Source: Bdellovibrionales bacterium
GTDB lineage: Bacteria > Bdellovibrionota > Bdellovibrionia > Bdellovibrionales > UBA1609
Direction of reading: 5' to 3'
Assembly (NCBI GenBank): GCA_965200875.1
Contig: OZ241456.1
Coordinates: forward strand, 1,536,001-1,600,000
DNA: 64,000 bases
Program-made: the position numbers and the translations under genes
Notes under the pieces: generated by a model
What the model was told of the DNA's origin: nothing
Database searches by the model: none
The model's input: only the letters and a program-made list of their open reading frames with translations
In this document: positions 60,832-64,000 of the stretch, piece by piece
Layout of the letters: every line of letters starts with the position of its first letter
Position numbering within the stretch: the stretch's first letter is position 1

Positions 60832-61015
60832 TAAATAATAAAGCATTATATTCGTGAAAATTCGGATTTCGAATTTTTACTCCTTCAAAACCATTTAAAT
60901 AGCCAATTTTAAATGATCCCAATTTTGCTTATGAAAGAAATAAAACAATCAATAATTTTTAAAAGGGAGTATATTATGCAAAAAACAAAGAAAAAAATAG
61001 AACAAGCGATATATT

Positions 61016-63430
61016 TTATTGCCAATTATACGACAGATGACCACTTTTTGTTTGTATCCTGTCATTTGATGCATCTTTTGCAGATAATTTTTCTCCTGTT
61101 TTTGAGCAAATAAAATATTTTTCAAAATTTTCTATATCGTGAAAACAGGCTTTCATATCAGCAAGATTTTCGTTATATAAATTATCATGGGAAGCTTCAT
61201 TTCCAAAAAATTGTGTACTTCTTAGATTTTCAATAGCTTGAATGACATTGGAGTCCATCTTTTTCTTTTTTACTCTTGCTAACAAAGAGCTTAACAACTC
61301 TTCTAAAGTTCTTTTTTCATTAGTTGCACCTGACTTAAATTTCATTTCGGCCCCTAGATTTTCACAAATTTGTTTTAAAAGGTTTTCTACATATTTGCGC
61401 AGTTTATTTCCAAGAACATCTACATTTGATTCTTCAATCTGTTTTCTAATACTCTCTTTTAAATGTAATATTGGTTCATCCATGAAAGAACCAATATCAT
61501 TATTCCACTTTATTTGCTTAATTAACCAACTTTTTGGCTTAACCAGAGAGGATAAATATTTAAACCACTCGTCTTCATGGGTTAAAACAAGAATTTGCCA
61601 CTCAGAAAACTTGTTTACAAGAAGTTGACCGAATTGTTGCCTGTGATTTTTATCAAAACTGGATATAATATCATCAAGTATAAAAAAATTATTTTTCTTG
61701 TTAAAAATTTTTACAGAAGACAGAAACAAACATAATCCCAGACAATTTATATAAGATTCACTCATAAGCATTTTTGGACTCTCCAAAGCAGTATTCCTAA
61801 AGTTTAAATGATATGATATTCCCACAAAGTCATCTTCATTATCCAATATAGGTTTTAATTTTATATCTTTGATATTGTCTGTAGGATTCATAAAAACGAA
61901 TAACTGATTCATTTCAGTAGAAGTAGAGTCTAAAAACAACTCCATTTCATTTTTTTGGCAATCTGAAAAAGACTTATATATTTCACTTACAGTTTTTATC
62001 TGAGAGCGAATTACTGTTTCCTCATTTTTTAACTTCTGAATATCCTGAAAACACGCTTTTGCCAAGTTGATTTTTTTTGCCATGTCAATTTTGGAAATAC
62101 CTGATTCCTTTATAGAGTTTTTAAATAAATCAAGCGGACTTTTTATTTTATCAAAAGAAAAATCTTTTGCCTTACAAATATATTCATCATAGTAATCTAT
62201 CCTGTCAAAATTCAGCTCTCTTGAAAAAACTTTATACAACTCTCTGAAGCTTTTTAGTGAGTGTTCCAAGTACTCTTTGGTGCTACTAAAATCAGAAGTA
62301 CCCATACAACTTAATTCTCCAACTCTTTTTAGCATTTCACCTGTTTCTCTGATACCTTCTTCTATGTTGTTCTTATTTTGTTTTAAAACTTCTATTTCAT
62401 CCTCTAAAGTTTGTAATACATCCAATCTTTCTTTTATCGAATTTAAAAGCTCTTCTGCTGGTATATCCTGCAAACATAAAGGACATTTGTCCTTTTCATC
62501 TAGGATTTTTGTTTTAATAATATGCTCTGCATTTTTAAGAAGAGGTTTTATTTTAATGCCTTTTAGTTTTTGTTTATCTTCAAAAATTTTCTTAAAGGAG
62601 TTTTGGAAAATACTTAAGTGTTCAAGGAGCTGATTAAAGACAGACTCTTTTGCTTTAATGTTTGATAGCTCTTTTGTTATATCAGTTTTTAGCTGTAATT
62701 TTGGATCAGGTTTTTCTTTTGCAAGTTCTTTTTCCAATTTTTTAAAAGATTCCCAGGAATTGATATCAAATCCAAGATTTAATTCTTTAATCATAGAGTG
62801 AATTGTTGAAAAAAATTGCTCCTCTGTATTTATGTTTGTATTTATAACTTTCAGTAAGTCTGCTTGTTTGGATGATATTTGACTGTCAAAGCTTTTTGTT
62901 TTGAGAGTTCTCTTTAAAGAATTTACTGATTTTTTTAACACTTCTTTTGTTTTCTTCACTTCTGAGTAACCAATTAAGTTGGATATATCTGATAGCCTTT
63001 CTGATTTTGTGGAAATAATAAATTTTGTCAACTCATCACTACGAATCATTAAGTTTTCCATCTGAGATTGATTCAAATAGTTTTTAAAAGAATCTTTATT
63101 GTTGGAATGTCTGGACACAAAGCGATTGTTTTTTGTTTCCAATGTTTTTTTTGAATTTAAGGGGGAGTTAGAAAACTCCACTTCCACCTGACAAATATCT
63201 TGGTTATTTAGCTCTTTATTGCGGATGCCGGCATTTTTAGGTATTTCTTCTCCTTTTAAGTGTGATATTTTATCATACAAAAACCATTCAATACTGTCAG
63301 TTATAGTGCTTTTTCCTGTTCCATTATCTCCATATAACAAAAAGGATTGCTTTTTAAGAGAGATATCTAAATCTTTTTTTACCCCTCTAAAACCTTTTAT
63401 TGTTATTTTTTGTATTTCATTTCTCTGCAT
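61016..63430 (-). CDS. SMC/Rad50-like ABC ATPase with zinc hook (RloC/AAA_13-like), possible C-terminal HEPN-like domain
   Basis: GFRG, GDNGTGKS, coiled coil with CPLC, MSES signature, LDDIISSFD, LTH; tail GNKLRKYVE...GNEASHD. Confidence 0.8.
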   Translation of the reverse strand: MQRNEIQKITIKGFRGVKKDLDISLKKQSFLLYGDNGTGKSTITDSIEWFLYDKISHLKGEEIPKNAGIRNKELNNQDICQVEVEFSNSPLNSKKTLETKNNRFVSRHSNNKDSFKNYLNQSQMENLMIRSDELTKFIISTKSERLSDISNLIGYSEVKKTKEVLKKSVNSLKRTLKTKSFDSQISSKQADLLKVINTNINTEEQFFSTIHSMIKELNLGFDINSWESFKKLEKELAKEKPDPKLQLKTDITKELSNIKAKESVFNQLLEHLSIFQNSFKKIFEDKQKLKGIKIKPLLKNAEHIIKTKILDEKDKCPLCLQDIPAEELLNSIKERLDVLQTLEDEIEVLKQNKNNIEEGIRETGEMLKRVGELSCMGTSDFSSTKEYLEHSLKSFRELYKVFSRELNFDRIDYYDEYICKAKDFSFDKIKSPLDLFKNSIKESGISKIDMAKKINLAKACFQDIQKLKNEETVIRSQIKTVSEIYKSFSDCQKNEMELFLDSTSTEMNQLFVFMNPTDNIKDIKLKPILDNEDDFVGISYHLNFRNTALESPKMLMSESYINCLGLCLFLSSVKIFNKKNNFFILDDIISSFDKNHRQQFGQLLVNKFSEWQILVLTHEDEWFKYLSSLVKPKSWLIKQIKWNNDIGSFMDEPILHLKESIRKQIEESNVDVLGNKLRKYVENLLKQICENLGAEMKFKSGATNEKRTLEELLSSLLARVKKKKMDSNVIQAIENLRSTQFFGNEASHDNLYNENLADMKACFHDIENFEKYFICSKTGEKLSAKDASNDRIQTKSGHLSYNWQ

Positions 63431-63623
63431 TGTTTTTACTCCGTATTTCATCAAGAGCATTGGAAATATTTGTGGATGACAAATTACCCTTATTATGAAG
63501 ACTTATTATAATATCAATAATTTCCGGGCAGGAGTATTGGTCTTTATCTTCATTTAATTTCTTAAAAAAAGATTTAATCAGCTCTGCCCCAGTTTTTGGT
63601 TTTTTATTGTTTTCTTCACTCAT
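63417..63623 (-). CDS. Small helical hypothetical protein (68 aa)
   Basis: ATG overlaps the upstream stop (ATGAGTGA); its own 3' end overlaps the ATPase start. Confidence 0.7.
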   Translation of the reverse strand: MSEENNKKPKTGAELIKSFFKKLNEDKDQYSCPEIIDIIISLHNKGNLSSTNISNALDEIRSKNNAEK

Positions 63624-63999
63624 AAAAGCTCCAATCAATATCGAAGTGATTTTCCGGCACATCAGATAAATCCGGAAAACCAGATTTGTTGTTGCAAATA
63701 GGGTAACAGCCGTATTTTTTTAAAAAATCCAAAATAAAAAAACTTTCCAAATCTTCAACAGACTTTTTCCAGATAGAACTTAAAGAGCTGAAGTTTAAAT
63801 ATGTAAAATACACTTTTGATTTTTTTTGATAATTAAACAAACCTTTGTTATTTGAAGCTCCTGTTAGATGATCTTTAAACCTAGATTTTATACTGTTTGT
63901 TTTTTTTTCGCTCATGCCAATATAGATCAACCTTGAGCTTTTGAAAGGATAAGGTATTTTGTAGTCTTTACTTTTTAGAAAATAAAGCCCGATGGCTTT
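63616..63999 (-). CDS. GIY-YIG nuclease-like protein (5' end outside window)
   Basis: Frame open to the window edge: GLYF...LIYIGMS, SRFKDH, DLES, PICNN. Confidence 0.75.
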   Translation of the reverse strand, partial: KAIGLYFLKSKDYKIPYPFKSSRLIYIGMSEKKTNSIKSRFKDHLTGASNNKGLFNYQKKSKVYFTYLNFSSLSSIWKKSVEDLESFFILDFLKKYGCYPICNNKSGFPDLSDVPENHFDIDWSFYE

Positions 64000-64000
64000 A

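Noticed and set aside
60854..60880. Imperfect palindrome GTGAAAATTCG-N5-CGAATTTTTAC
   Set aside because: AT-rich, single copy; cannot be assigned as terminator or operator.

Overview
AT-rich bacterial chromosome segment. The housekeeping proteins (PutA halves, NadD-RsfS, PilT, DacB, LspA-like fusion) suggest Bdellovibrionota; this is inferred from recalled family resemblance, not from a search. A core block (~8.5-54.4 kb) holds lnt, split putA, nadD-rsfS, obg, rpmA, rplU, RNase E/G, acyl-CoA carboxylase, rpsP-khpA-rimM, tpiA, an SSS transporter, dacB, smc, tRNA-Ser and tRNA-Arg, ggt, grxB, mutY, alaS, recX, pilT, cinA, recA, tadA, gltX, glpX and gcvP. Two accessory, defence-like regions flank it. 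The left one (1-8.5 kb) has an IS remnant, a tiny apparently circularly permuted GIY-YIG protein, a 1760-aa AAA_14/DUF4143 + REase + TPR + GreAB-C + PIN fusion, an Rpn remnant and an orphan IetA-like ATPase. The right one (54.4-64 kb) has a type III R-M locus with a decayed DUF1828 cassette and a coupled GIY-YIG / small protein / RloC-like ATPase operon. Structural highlights: putA appears cut in two by a ~9.9 kb inversion, the Obg G-domain is degenerate, and a modular MITE-like family (TIR GTGGTCCGTGAAAAA, TA-NN-TA duplications, swappable hairpins) occurs in at least 7 full or partial copies, some overlapping stop codons. No CRISPR array or rRNA was seen. All domain calls are by eye from motifs.
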